DNA of 64,000 nt from Escherichia coli (GTDB lineage: Bacteria; Pseudomonadota; Gammaproteobacteria; Enterobacterales; Enterobacteriaceae): the NCBI RefSeq assembly GCF_003334305.1, contig NZ_QOWS01000005.1, one strand, 5' to 3'. The notes under the pieces were generated by a model, which saw only the letters and a list, made by a program, of their open reading frames with translations, did not search any database and was not told the DNA's origin. The position numbers and the translations under genes were made by a program. Each line of letters begins with the position of its first letter. The first letter of the stretch is position 1. This document shows, piece by piece, positions 21,601 to 32,045 of the stretch.

Positions 21601-23302
21601 AACCGGCCTGTTCTTCACCTTCGGGTAATAACACGCTATACATGCCACGATCCGGAATGGTGCCGCCGCTGGTAACCGCCAACAATTGAGCGCCAGGTCG
21701 GGCGGTCAATATCCCGGTCTCCCTGTTCCAGACCAGTTTGGGGCGAAAAGCAGAAAAATCGCCAGAGGGATAGCGCCCGGAAAGCATATCCAGCGTGGCG
21801 TCAAAAACACGTCTTGGCAGATCTTTCCACGGTGCGGCACGGCGTACGCGGGAGTACCATTCGTCTACCTGTAATGCATCCATCGCCGCGGCGGCAACGG
21901 TTTGCTGCGCAAGGACGTCGAGTGGATTATGCGGCGGTGTCAGGTTTTCCAGCCTGCCTGCGAACATACACTCTACAATGACTGCGGAATCGACTAAGTC
22001 ACGCCGGGTACGAGGGAAAAACAGCCCTTTAGATACACCGCCAACCTGATGTCCGGCGCGACCAATGCGTTGTAACCCACTGGCAACAGAAAGCGGCGTT
22101 GCCACCTGAATCACCAGATCCACCGCGCCCATATCAATCCCCAGTTCGAGACTGGAGGTTGCGACCACGCAGCGTAATTCACCCGATTTCAGCGCCTGTT
22201 CGGTGATTGCTCGTTGTTCTTTAGAGACGGAGCCGTGGTGTGAGCGGGCAATAAAAACGTCGCTACTTTGTACATGGTTAGAGGTTGCGCCGGAGGTCGA
22301 CTCGAAATGGGCCGTATCAACGGCGATAGACGGGGAACGCTGTAAGCGTGCGGCGTAAAGCTCATTTAATCGTGCCGTCAGTTTTTCCGCCAGCCCACGT
22401 GAATTAGTAAAGACAATGGTCGAGCGATGGCGCAACACTTCATCAAGGATACCCGTTTCAATATATGGCCAGATGGAGCCTTCCCGGCCGGCATGGCTGT
22501 CTTCGCCGGTGCCGCTGGCGACCGATGAGACATCATCCATATTGGCGACCGGTACGACAATTCGTATCTGCGGATGGCGCATTGCGGGCGGGTTGACTAC
22601 CGTAACCGGGCGATCGCCACCAAGAAATGCTGCCACATCGCTGGCTGAGCGCACAGTGGCAGAAAGGCCAATTCGCTGTGCTGAGGTGTGGAGCAGCGCA
22701 TCGAGCCGCTCCAGACTTAACGCCAGATGCGCACCACGTTTACTGCCCGCTACCGCGTGGACTTCATCAATAATTACCGTTTCGACGCCGCGTAGCGTTT
22801 CGCGCGCGCGGGAGGTCAGCATCAGATAGAGTGATTCGGGTGTGGTGATCAGAATATCCGGCGGATTACGGGTGAGTTTGCTGCGTTCCTGTGCAGGCGT
22901 ATCGCCAGTACGGATCCCTACGCGAAGATTGACTTCCGTTTCGCCGCGCCGCCGCCGTTCATCGGCAATACCCTTCAACGGGAGCTGCAAGTTGCGCTGA
23001 ACGTCGGTGCCCAGAGCTTTTATCGGTGAAATATAGAGGATGCGTGAGGTTTTACGCTTATGCGCCTCGCGGGTATCTTCGCCGCCTTCGCGGAAGAGCC
23101 GATCGAGGGCGTAGAGAAATGCTGCCAGCGTTTTCCCGGAGCCGGTCGGTGCAATCACCAGCGCATGTTCGCTTCGCGCCGCCACATGCCAGGTTTGCGA
23201 CTGGACAGCGGTCGGCTGTTTAAAGGCGCGAAGAAACCAGTCGCGGGTCGCCGGTGAAAACACGTCCGGCAGGAGCGATGAAGGGTCTGGATTATCTGCC
23301 AT
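18686..23302 (-). CDS. lhr: Large ATP-dependent helicase Lhr
   Basis: ORF-track 1538 aa; Walker A TGSGKT, DEVH box, superfamily-2 helicase motifs in N-terminal half. Confidence 0.95.
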   Translation of the reverse strand: MADNPDPSSLLPDVFSPATRDWFLRAFKQPTAVQSQTWHVAARSEHALVIAPTGSGKTLAAFLYALDRLFREGGEDTREAHKRKTSRILYISPIKALGTDVQRNLQLPLKGIADERRRRGETEVNLRVGIRTGDTPAQERSKLTRNPPDILITTPESLYLMLTSRARETLRGVETVIIDEVHAVAGSKRGAHLALSLERLDALLHTSAQRIGLSATVRSASDVAAFLGGDRPVTVVNPPAMRHPQIRIVVPVANMDDVSSVASGTGEDSHAGREGSIWPYIETGILDEVLRHRSTIVFTNSRGLAEKLTARLNELYAARLQRSPSIAVDTAHFESTSGATSNHVQSSDVFIARSHHGSVSKEQRAITEQALKSGELRCVVATSSLELGIDMGAVDLVIQVATPLSVASGLQRIGRAGHQVGGVSKGLFFPRTRRDLVDSAVIVECMFAGRLENLTPPHNPLDVLAQQTVAAAAMDALQVDEWYSRVRRAAPWKDLPRRVFDATLDMLSGRYPSGDFSAFRPKLVWNRETGILTARPGAQLLAVTSGGTIPDRGMYSVLLPEGEEQAGSRRVGELDEEMVYESRVNDIITLGATSWRIQQITRDQVIVTPAPGRSARLPFWRGEGNGRPAELGEMIGDFLHLLADGAFFSGTIPPWLAEENTNANIQGLIDEQRNATGIVPGSRHLVLERCRDEIGDWRIILHSPYGRRVHEPWALAIAGRIHALWGADASVVASDDGIVARIPDTDGKLPDAAIFLFEPEKLLQIVREAVGSSALFAARFRECAARALLMPGRTPGHRTPLWQQRLRASQLLEIAQGYPDFPVILETLRECLQDVYDLPALERLMRRLNGGEIQISDVTTTTPSPFATSLLFGYVAEFMYQSDAPLAERRASVLSLDSELLRNLLGQVDPGELLDPQVIRQVEEELQRLAPGRRAKGEEGLFDLLRELGPMTVEDLAQRHTGSSEEVASYLENLLAVKRIFPAMISGQERLACMDDAARLRDALGVRLPESLPEIYLHRVSYPLRDLFLRYLRAHALVTAEQLAHEFSLGIAIVEEQLQQLREQGLVMNLQQDIWVSDEVFRRLRLRSLQAAREATRPVAATTYARLLLERQGVLPATDGSPALFASTSPGVYEGVDGVMRVIEQLAGVGLPASLWESQILPARVRDYSSEMLDELLATGAVIWSGQKKLGEDDGLVALHLQEYAAESFTPAEADQANRSALQQAIVAVLADGGAWFAQQISQRIRDKIGESVDLSALQEALWALVWQGVITSDIWAPLRALTRSSSNARTSTRRSHRARRGRPVYAQPVSPLVSYNTPNLAGRWSLLQVEPLNDTERMLALAENMLDRYGIISRQAVIAENIPGGFPSMQTLCRSMEDSGRIMRGRFVEGLGGAQFAERLTIDRLRDLATQATQTRHYTPVALSANDPANVWGNLLPWPAHPATLVPTRRAGALVVVSGGKLLLYLAQGGKKMLVWQEKEELLAPEVFHALTTALRREPRLRFTLTEVNALPVRQTPMFTLLREAGFSSSPQGLDWG

Positions 23303-23394
23303 TAACGCTATTCCCCGTGAATATCATGCTTGATGCGTGGAATAGCCTCACTATAGATGCCTGAATCATTGCATGTCATCAGGCATCGACTCGA

Positions 23395-24042
23395 TTACAC
23401 CTCTTCGGCGGCAGGTAGCGGCCAGCCTCCCAGACGTTTCCAGCGGTTGACGATTTCACAAAACAGCACAGCAGTGCGTTCGGTGTCGTACAGCGCGGAG
23501 TGCGCCTGGGTGCTGTCGAAGTCCATGCCAGCGGTCTGGCAAGCCTTTGACAATACGGTTTGTCCGAGTGCCAGCCCGGCCAGTGCAGCAGTGTCAAAAG
23601 TGGCGAAAGGGTGGAACGGGTTACGTTTCAGTGAGGCGCGTTCTGCGGCGGCCATCATAAAGCTGTGATCAAAATTGGCATTGTGCGCCACCATAATGGC
23701 GCGGTTACAGCCGCTCGCTTTAATACCTTTACGTACAACTTTAAAAATTTCGTGCAGCGCCTCGTATTCGCTGACCGCGCCGCGATCGGGATCGTTCGGG
23801 TCAATGCCGTTGAAGGCGAGGGCTTCTGGTTGCAAATTTGCGCCGACAAATGGTTCGACGTGGAAATGTAATGTGGTGTCCGGCATCAGCCAGCCTTGTT
23901 CATCCATTTTCAGGGTGATGGCGGCAATCTCAAGCAGCGCATCGGTTTTGGCGTTAAATCCGGCTGTTTCAACATCGATCACAACAGGATAAAAACCACG
24001 AAAACGGTCGCACAGACCGGTAAGTTGAGCGTTATCGGACAT
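23395..24042 (-). CDS. rnt: Ribonuclease T
   Basis: ORF-track 215 aa; DEDDh exonuclease motifs; immediately upstream of lhr on same strand. Confidence 0.95.
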
Positions 24043-24144
24043 CTGATTCTCTTAATACGGATAAATTGCAGCGCGCATTATGACAAATATTACTTGTCGA
24101 TGCAGTAAAGATGCGGGCGCGATGAGTTCACGCCCGGCAGGAGA

Positions 24145-24552
24145 TTAGTTGCCCAGACCGCGACCGGCGTCTTTCTCTTCGATTAACTCAACTTTGTAAC
24201 CGTCCGGATCTTCCACAAACGCGATAACCGTAGTACCGCCTTTTACCGGACCCGCTTCACGGGTCACGTTACCCCCGTTTTGACGGATTTTTTCGCACGC
24301 TTCAGCGGCGTTATCTACGCTAAGCGCGATGTGACCATAAGCAGTGCCGAGTTCGTATTTATCCACGCCCCAGTTGTAGGTCAGTTCAATCACCGCTTCT
24401 TCGGTTTCCGGGCCGTAGCCAACAAACGCCAGTGAGTATTTGTATTCCGGGTTTTCGCTGGTACGCAGCAGTTTCATGCCCAGCACTTTGGTATAAAAAT
24501 CGATGGAGCGTTGCAAATCGCCAACGCGCAGCATGGTATGAAGAAGACGCAT
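24145..24552 (-). CDS. gloA: Glyoxalase I (lactoylglutathione lyase)
   Basis: ORF-track 135 aa starting [20 protein letters not shown]; recognised. Confidence 0.95.
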   Translation of the reverse strand: MRLLHTMLRVGDLQRSIDFYTKVLGMKLLRTSENPEYKYSLAFVGYGPETEEAVIELTYNWGVDKYELGTAYGHIALSVDNAAEACEKIRQNGGNVTREAGPVKGGTTVIAFVEDPDGYKVELIEEKDAGRGLGN

Positions 24553-24632
24553 CTTTTTATCCTCAAAATGGCTAACAGATTCAAAATGTTGTTTTAGTAT
24601 AGCGGCGGCTTTACGCCGCTCGCAATGTTGGA

Positions 24633-25730
24633 TTACAACGTCGGGTAATCGGTATAGCCTTCCGCGCCGCCACCGTAGAAACTTTCGGCACGCTGTGGGT
24701 TAAGCTCAGCTTTGCGCTGCAAGCGGGCGACCAGATCCGGGTTCGCAATCCAGTCACGACCAAATGCCACCGCATCAATTAACCCTTTGCCGATCAGCGT
24801 TTCAGCTTTTTCTACTGTGTATGCACCTGCGCCGATAATCGGACCGTGGAAACGGGCGCGTACTTTTTCGCGGAACGCATCAGTATACGGTTCACCCCCC
24901 GCCCAATCTGGTTCTGACATATGCAGATAAGCAATGCCGCGTTTACCCAGTTGTTCAATCAGATACAGTGCATCGGCTTCTTCATTCGGGCCGTTATCCG
25001 TGTTCTGGAAAGTACCGATTGGCGAAATGCGAATGCCAATGCGATCGGCACCCCATTCTTCAATCCCGGCATCGACCACTTCCAGTACTAGACGTGCGCG
25101 ATTTTCCACGCTGCCGCCGTACTGATCGGTACGATGGTTTGAAGAAGGAGAAAGGAACTGATGCAGCAAATAACCGTGAGCAGAGTGGAGCTCTACCAGA
25201 TCAAAACCGGCTTCACGCGCGTTAGCAATGGCCTGACGGAAATCATTGACGATACCTGGAATCTCTTCCAGTTCAAGCGCACGCGGCATGGATGTTTCAA
25301 CACGGATCGCCTGACCATTTTCATCGCGCAGAGAAGTACGTGTTCCCGCGCTAAGTGCTGAAGGCGCTACCGGTGCCTGACCGCCAGGTTGCAGGCTGGC
25401 GTGAGAAATGCGTCCGGTGTGCCACAGCTGCACGGCCATATGACCATTTTCAGCATGAACGCCAGCGGTGATTTTTTTCCATGCGGCAATTTGCTCCGGA
25501 CTATGGATGCCAGGCGCACCTGCATATCCTTTTGCCTGGGCAGAAATTTGCGTGGCTTCACTAATAATCAAACCGGCACTGGCACGTTGGCGATAGTATT
25601 CCGCCATCAACGGGGTAGGAATGTCACCCGGTTCAATACTGCGCAGACGCGTCAGCGGTGCCATAAAAATACGGTTTGCCGCCGTGATCGCGCCCACTTT
25701 CAGTGGGGAATACAGTTTTTCAGATGACAT
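24633..25730 (-). CDS. nemA: N-ethylmaleimide reductase (Old Yellow Enzyme family)
   Basis: ORF-track 365 aa; OYE-family FMN oxidoreductase. Confidence 0.95.
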   Translation of the reverse strand: MSSEKLYSPLKVGAITAANRIFMAPLTRLRSIEPGDIPTPLMAEYYRQRASAGLIISEATQISAQAKGYAGAPGIHSPEQIAAWKKITAGVHAENGHMAVQLWHTGRISHASLQPGGQAPVAPSALSAGTRTSLRDENGQAIRVETSMPRALELEEIPGIVNDFRQAIANAREAGFDLVELHSAHGYLLHQFLSPSSNHRTDQYGGSVENRARLVLEVVDAGIEEWGADRIGIRISPIGTFQNTDNGPNEEADALYLIEQLGKRGIAYLHMSEPDWAGGEPYTDAFREKVRARFHGPIIGAGAYTVEKAETLIGKGLIDAVAFGRDWIANPDLVARLQRKAELNPQRAESFYGGGAEGYTDYPTL

Positions 25731-25766
25731 AAAGGCTCCCGGTCGTCTGGTGATAAAAAATGCCTG

Positions 25767-26366
25767 CTAAACGGCAGGCGTCGCAATAATGTTTTTTACA
25801 TGGGCCAGCGCGTTTTCCAGTGGCTCGAAACTGCGCGAAATTTTGGCCTGCAGATTCGCACCCAGCCATAGTGCGTAAAGCACTTGTGCCTGTTGTAGCG
25901 GTTCGCCACAAAAGGTTAAACAATGGTTCTCACGGCCATTTTCCAGCGCCTGAGAGAGCAGGTCGATCACGCCGCGAGCACCTTTATCCATCGCGCTGCG
26001 CATATCTTCTGACAGATCGCACACTTCGGCAGAGAGTTTTACTGTCAGGCAACCACTGATGGTTCCATGTTGGCAAAACTGGTTCAGTGTTTGCTGGTAA
26101 TAAGCCAGTATGCGGTCGCGGTAGTTACCTTCGCCGGATTGCAGCAACTCAGTCAGTCGCTGGTGATATGCGGCGTAATGACGCTCAAGCATGGCAACGC
26201 CAAACGCTTCTTTAGAGCGAAAGTAGTGATAGAAGGACCCTTTCGGCACTTCAGCGGTTTTTAGTAATTCGCTTAGCCCCATCCCGGTGAATCCACGTTG
26301 CAGGCAAAGTTGCTCGCCCGTCGCCAGGAGATGTTCGCGAGTATCATGTTCGGTGTGTTTGTTCAT
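25767..26366 (-). CDS. nemR: TetR-family electrophile-sensing repressor NemR
   Basis: ORF-track 199 aa; N-terminal TetR HTH; upstream of nemA-gloA on same strand. Confidence 0.9.
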   Translation of the reverse strand: MNKHTEHDTREHLLATGEQLCLQRGFTGMGLSELLKTAEVPKGSFYHYFRSKEAFGVAMLERHYAAYHQRLTELLQSGEGNYRDRILAYYQQTLNQFCQHGTISGCLTVKLSAEVCDLSEDMRSAMDKGARGVIDLLSQALENGRENHCLTFCGEPLQQAQVLYALWLGANLQAKISRSFEPLENALAHVKNIIATPAV

Positions 26367-26390
26367 GCGTTGGAGTGTAGTAGACCAGTC

Positions 26391-26406
26391 GGTCTAGTGC
26401 AAGCAA
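26391..26406. promoter_or_regulatory. NemR-box-like palindrome upstream of nemR
   Basis: TAGACCAGTCGGTCTA (inverted half-sites TAGACC / GGTCTA) 25 bp upstream of the nemR start codon on the minus strand. Confidence 0.55.
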
Positions 26407-26468
26407 AGTTGCTACTTTGGACATTAACAGCTTCAATAATGGTAATAATCTTATCTGAGGAGGGCGAA

Positions 26469-26708
26469 GTGGCGGAGCAATTAGAGTTCTTTCCCGTCCA
26501 GAGCCCGTGCCGGGGAATTTGCCAGTCTGACGAACGCGGGTTTTGTCGCGGCTGTTTTCGTAGTCGGGATGAGCGTTTTAACTGGAATAAAATGAGCGAT
26601 GGCGAAAAACAAGAGGTGCTGCGCCTTTGTCGGCAGCGATTAATGCGCAAATTACGCGCAAATAAGCCAGCGTCATCAGACGAACCGGAGCAACCATCAC
26701 TCTTTTGA
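26469..26708 (+). CDS. ydhL: Small Cys-rich DUF1289-like protein YdhL
   Basis: ORF-track 26298..26708 trimmed to GTG at 26469 (79 aa, VAEQLEFFPVQSPCRGICQ...); start choice is from remembered K-12 length and is uncertain. Confidence 0.65.
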   Translation: MAEQLEFFPVQSPCRGICQSDERGFCRGCFRSRDERFNWNKMSDGEKQEVLRLCRQRLMRKLRANKPASSDEPEQPSLF

Positions 26709-26756
26709 ACCTAATCTTGCGTATACTCCTCTCATATCTGATAAGAGGAAGCGATT

Positions 26757-27653
26757 ATGGTTCAGCGTATTACTATTGCGCCGCAAGGCCCGGAGTTTTC
26801 CCGTTTTGTGATGGGCTACTGGCGATTGATGGACTGGAATATGTCCGCCCGCCAGCTGGTCAGTTTTATTGAAGAGCATCTGGATCTCGGCGTGACCACC
26901 GTGGACCATGCTGATATTTATGGTGGCTATCAGTGCGAAGCGGCGTTTGGCGAGGCACTGAAACTGGCACCTCACCTGCGTGAACGGATGGAAATCGTCA
27001 GTAAATGCGGTATCGCGACGACCGCGCGTGAAGAAAACGTCATTGGTCATTACATCACTGACCGCGATCACATCATTAAGAGCGCCGAACAGTCGCTAAT
27101 TAATCTCGCGACCGATCATCTGGATCTGCTGTTAATCCACCGACCAGACCCGTTAATGGATGCCGATGAAGTGGCGGACGCGTTCAAACATCTGCATCAG
27201 AGCGGCAAAGTGCGTCATTTTGGCGTATCGAACTTTACGCCTGCGCAATTTGCCCTGTTGCAATCACGTCTGCCGTTTACCCTTGCCACTAATCAGGTGG
27301 AAATATCCCCGGTGCATCAGCCGTTACTGCTGGATGGCACGCTCGACCAACTACAACAACTGCGTGTTCGTCCGATGGCGTGGTCCTGCCTTGGTGGTGG
27401 TCGTCTGTTTAATGATGATTATTTCCAGCAGCTGCGTGATGAACTGGCTGTGGTGGCAGAGGAGTTAAACGCGGGCTCGATTGAACAGGTGGTTTACGCC
27501 TGGGTATTACGTTTACCATCGCAGCCGCTGCCAATTATCGGTTCAGGTAAAATTGAGCGCGTACGGGCAGCTGTCGAAGCAGAAACACTGAAAATGACCC
27601 GTCAACAATGGTTTCGTATCCGTAAAGCGGCACTGGGGTACGACGTACCGTAA
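26757..27653 (+). CDS. ydhF: Aldo-keto reductase-family oxidoreductase YdhF
   Basis: ORF-track 298 aa. Confidence 0.9.
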   Translation: MVQRITIAPQGPEFSRFVMGYWRLMDWNMSARQLVSFIEEHLDLGVTTVDHADIYGGYQCEAAFGEALKLAPHLRERMEIVSKCGIATTAREENVIGHYITDRDHIIKSAEQSLINLATDHLDLLLIHRPDPLMDADEVADAFKHLHQSGKVRHFGVSNFTPAQFALLQSRLPFTLATNQVEISPVHQPLLLDGTLDQLQQLRVRPMAWSCLGGGRLFNDDYFQQLRDELAVVAEELNAGSIEQVVYAWVLRLPSQPLPIIGSGKIERVRAAVEAETLKMTRQQWFRIRKAALGYDVP

Positions 27654-27733
27654 GCACTTTTAGGAATAGCCGCCGTTCAAAAATGTGTCACTGGTTTACA
27701 CTTATTCAGGAATGCACAATGAACGGAGGTCCT

Positions 27734-28255
27734 ATGAAACGTTTTAGTCTGGCTATTCTGGCGCTGGTTGTTGCAACCGGCGCACAAGCTGCCAGTGAAA
27801 AAGTCGAGATGAACCTCGTCACGTCGCAAGGGGTAGGGCAGTCAATTGGTAGCGTCACCATTACTGAAACCGATAAAGGTCTGGAGTTTTCGCCCGATCT
27901 GAAAGCATTACCCCCCGGTGAACATGGCTTCCATATTCATGCCAAAGGAAGCTGCCAGCCAGCCACCAAAGATGGCAAAGCCAGCGCCGCGGAATCCGCA
28001 GGCGGGCATCTTGATCCACAAAATACCGGTAAACATGAAGGGCCAGAAGGTGCCGGGCATTTAGGCGATCTGCCTGCACTGGTCGTCAATAATGACGGCA
28101 AAGCTACCGATGCCGTCATCGCGCCTCGTCTGAAATCACTGGATGAAATCAAAGACAAAGCGCTGATGGTCCACGTTGGCGGCGATAATATGTCCGATCA
28201 ACCTAAACCGCTGGGCGGTGGCGGTGAACGCTATGCCTGTGGTGTAATTAAGTAA
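27734..28255 (+). CDS. sodC: Periplasmic superoxide dismutase [Cu-Zn]
   Basis: ORF-track 27683..28255; start at ATG 27734 after GGAGG (173 aa, signal peptide MKRFSLAILALVVATGAQA); Cu/Zn ligand context GFHIHAKGSC. Confidence 0.95.
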   Translation: MKRFSLAILALVVATGAQAASEKVEMNLVTSQGVGQSIGSVTITETDKGLEFSPDLKALPPGEHGFHIHAKGSCQPATKDGKASAAESAGGHLDPQNTGKHEGPEGAGHLGDLPALVVNNDGKATDAVIAPRLKSLDEIKDKALMVHVGGDNMSDQPKPLGGGGERYACGVIK

Positions 28256-30268
28256 TTAAGAGGCCAGCGTACCTTGCGGTGGTGCTTGCTCAAGTTGCGA
28301 AAGCGAGCAGTACAGCCGCCAGACAATTGCCGCCAGCTCACGGGCGGCAGGTTGATGATGACGGGCAAGGCTGTCGCAAATCCGCTGTAATTCTTCAAGT
28401 GTGGCCGCCAGTGATTTTTGCTGAACGCCACGCTCACTCATCACTCCCCGCAACAGTGAAATACAGTTATCCCGTACTCGCGATAACGGATCGGAACGCG
28501 ATTCCCAGTCGCGCAATTGCCAGACAACATGAGAACAGTTCAGCAGCACTACACCCCAGCGTAATAACCAACGGCGAGCCAGCGCATCCTGGCTGTTACT
28601 CAACTGACTGACGTGATGATAAGTGAGCGATTCAAATTCGCTTTCACTCAGTGTTGGATGGCGGCTTAGCTGATCGACAAAATCCCGGCGCAGCGCGCGA
28701 ATATGGCGGCGGCTTTTACGAGCATCCGATCCTGGACGCAGAATGGCGAACGCTAGCCAAGCCAGCGCAACGCCAACGATTTTTGCCAGATTATCGTTAA
28801 GAAAATCAGCAAAATCATACACCGGGGGATTAGTGACAGCGATAAACGAACCCATAAAAACAATCAGTTGCCCCCACAGTGCGGCAAATTTGGGCATCTG
28901 CAATTTAAGAAGCTGCATTGTCGCCAGCAGTGGAAAGAGAAACAGTAAAAATTGCCACAGATCGCTAATCTGGACCATCAGGCCAAATTTGACCACAAAG
29001 CTGAATAGCGAAAGTAACACCAGCGTGCGCATCAGCAGTGACAACGACTTAAACGGTGCTGCGACGGCGGAGTAGAGTACGCAGCTAATTGCTGCCAGCG
29101 TTAATGCATTGGCACCGGCATCCCATTGCGATGCAATACTCCATGCGCCAATCATCATCAACGTACAAAATGTACGCAGCCCGCTCCACATAGCTTCGGC
29201 GTTGTCGGTATGACGAGCCAGAGCAGATGTCCGTGCGAGTCTGGCATGATCATCTACACCGCTTTGCAGACGATGTAATTCCTGACTACTTTGCAGATAA
29301 AGGCGGCAAAAATAACGTAGTCGCTGCCAGAAGGCGACGTGCCGGTAGTCGGCGACGTTGGTCGGGCGTAGCGGGGCGATAATACGTGCGACGGTGTAAG
29401 CATCTGTTTGCGAACTGGCGAGCGCCGTCAGCAATTGTTCGAGAATTTCTCGCGTGGCACCTGGCGGTGAGGGCCAGTTGAGCAACATACGTCGCAGGCT
29501 GGAGATGACACTGGTCATACGTAATTGCTGGTGGAGTAGCGCATTAAGCCGCGCGTTTTGCTGGCGAAAACGATAGTGGCTCCAGAAAGCCTAGATACGC
29601 AGCAAATTCATGGTCAGTATCTGCCCAATCACCCCCTCATGTGCTGCACGAATGGCATCGTTTGTTTCAGGCTGCCAGAGTAAACTGGCATGTTCCAGTA
29701 ATCGGGCGTGCATGTTTTTCAATGCGGTTAAAAGGGCTGTAGCATCGGAACTGCTAGGCAGGATCATCATCATCATGCCGCCGCACAAAATACCGACTAT
29801 CACCTCGCAAACGCGCGCCTGAGCGATATCCCACAGCTGGCTGGCCTCAGTAATATTAACCATCGGAAAGGCGATGATGGCAGCCGTGTAGCCCGCCAGT
29901 TGAAATGCATACGCGACGTTATTCGTGAAGTGCGCACAGGCCCAGGTACAAAAGCCAAGCCACGCCGACATGCTCAATAGAAAAAACCACGGCTCATTGA
30001 GCGTATGCCCGGCAAGAAGCAGTGCCGCAATGGCTCCCAGTAAACTGCCAGCGATGCGTCCGAGGCTTTTGCTGATGACACCGCCAACGGTGGGAAAGCT
30101 AACCACTGCAGCCGAGGTCATCGCCCAATAGGGTTCATCCAGATTCAAATAATAGGCAACCGTCAGCGCCAGACACATGGCAATGGTATTGCGTAACGCA
30201 TAACGCCATTGCGCCAGCGTGGCCTTGAACCAGGGCAAATTGCGCAAGGACCATGACGATGCGTTCAT
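28256..30268 (-). pseudogene. ydhK: FUSC/AaeB-like inner-membrane efflux component YdhK, interrupted by in-frame TAG at 29591-29593
   Basis: Two ORF-track ORFs (29591..30268, 225 aa; 28256..29518, 420 aa) lie in the same frame and are separated by a single TAG followed by 24 sense codons; 225+1+24+420 = 670 codons, the length I remember for intact YdhK. Confidence 0.75.
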
Positions 30269-31125
30269 TATTGACCTACGGCAATGCTACAGGTGGTGCC
30301 CGACACCAGCGTGACATCGCCTGGAACTTTATCCAGCGCAAAGCGGACGGGAACGCGTTGGGCGAGACGAACCCAGGGGACGTTAGGTTTCACATCCGGA
30401 ATAAGGCTTGAGTCACTTTCAACGCTTTGATCATAAATCGCCCGACCGATACTGGAAACGTGACCCCGTAACGTTTTGTTATCACTATAGAGGGTAATTT
30501 GTGCTGGTGCACCTTCGCGGATATGGCGCAACTTGGTTTCTTCGAAATAACCAATGACGTAAAACGAGTGGCTGTCGACAAGGGCAAACAGCGGTTTCCC
30601 GGTGTCAGCGTAATCGCCGATGCGGGTAGTGAGGTTAGTCACCCAACCACTCACCGGGGCGCGAATTTCCGTTTGCGCCAGTTGCCATTGTGTCTGTTTC
30701 AGCGTGGCCTGTGCGGCATTAACACTGGCCTGCATCGCTTTAACATTGAGGTTAGCGGTATCGAGTTCTTCGGCAGAAATAAAATTTTGTGAGAGATGAC
30801 GACGACGATTCGCTTCGTTATTGGCTTTTGCGAGGTCAGATTGCGCTTTCGCCAGCTGAGCCTGTGCGTTCAGCTCGGCGATCTGAAAGGGCGTTTTATC
30901 GATCGTGAGCAGAAGATCCCCCGCGTTAACCAGTTGGTTGTCTTTTATATTCAGCTCAACAATACGTCCCGACACCTGTGGGGTGATAGAAACCTTTTCT
31001 GCGCGTATTTTCCCGTCGCGTGTCCACGGAGATTGCATGTAATAATTCCACAGCCACCATCCGGCAAGAACCGCAACTATCGCTACAATGATTGTTGAGA
31101 AATACTTAATTGTTTTAATTGACAT
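30268..31125 (-). CDS. ydhJ: HlyD-family membrane fusion protein YdhJ (AaeA-like)
   Basis: ORF-track 30268..31167; start placed at ATG 31125 (285 aa), 2 nt after ydhI stop; stop TAA overlaps ydhK ATG by 1 nt (TAATG). Confidence 0.85.
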   Translation of the reverse strand: MSIKTIKYFSTIIVAIVAVLAGWWLWNYYMQSPWTRDGKIRAEKVSITPQVSGRIVELNIKDNQLVNAGDLLLTIDKTPFQIAELNAQAQLAKAQSDLAKANNEANRRRHLSQNFISAEELDTANLNVKAMQASVNAAQATLKQTQWQLAQTEIRAPVSGWVTNLTTRIGDYADTGKPLFALVDSHSFYVIGYFEETKLRHIREGAPAQITLYSDNKTLRGHVSSIGRAIYDQSVESDSSLIPDVKPNVPWVRLAQRVPVRFALDKVPGDVTLVSGTTCSIAVGQ

Positions 31126-31127
31126 AG

Positions 31128-31364
31128 TTACCACGCAATCAGTATTGCCAGAGCAAGGCAAACGCAAATCGCAAACAGCGATAAATCCATTAACAAGGGA
31201 TGCCAGATGTCACCGGCGTAGATCCAGCCACGAAGCAGGCGGTGTACGACAAGCCAGATGACGAATCCAAACGCGAAGGCTTTGAAAAACGGAGGAAAAT
31301 AGACGGACGCACCGAACACCAGATCTTGTAAGGGCAATCCTGTTGCATTGAGCATAAACTTCAC
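31128..31364 (-). CDS. ydhI: Small membrane protein YdhI (DUF1656, AaeX-like)
   Basis: ORF-track 78 aa, two predicted TM helices; first gene of ydhIJK. Confidence 0.8.
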
Positions 31365-31558
31365 AAAGTAGATTCCTTTACGACCGAATATATTGCGTTA
31401 GATTAATAAATATTCTTTAAGTGCGAAAAATTTACGCGCAATTTCTGAAAAATATGTCTGACGGTAACCAAATGCAGCAATACATTTGTTTTAGCAATAC
31501 AATTGCTGCACACTATTCTAAAAGCCGCATAATATCTTAGCAAGCTAATTATAAGGAG

Positions 31559-31999
31559 ATGAAATTGGAATCGCCACTAGGTTCTGATCTGGCACGGTTG
31601 GTGCGCATATGGCGTGCTCTGATAGACCATCGCCTGAAACCGCTGGAGTTAACACAAACCCATTGGGTTACGTTACACAATATCCATCAGTTACCTCCAG
31701 ACCAGTCGCAAATTCAACTGGCAAAAGCGATTGGCATCGAGCAGCCATCACTGGTCCGTACTCTGGACCAACTGGAAGAAAAAGGGTTAATTTCGCGTCA
31801 AACTTGTGCCAGCGATCGTCGGGCTAAACGTATTAAACTGACGGAAAAGGCAGAGCCACTGATCAGCGAAATGGAAGCTGTTATTAACAAAACCCGCGCG
31901 GAAATATTACATGGCATCTCCGCAGAGGAACTGGAGCAACTGATTACGCTCATCGCAAAACTTGAGCATAATATCATTGAGTTACAGGCCAAAGGGTGA
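31559..31999 (+). CDS. slyA: MarR-family transcriptional regulator SlyA
   Basis: ORF-track 146 aa ([21 protein letters not shown]...); annotated start may lie 2 codons downstream; divergent from ydhIJK. Confidence 0.95.
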
Positions 32000-32045
32000 A
32001 ATGAAGGGGGCGTGTGGTCAGTAACCTGACCACACGCAAACTTAT

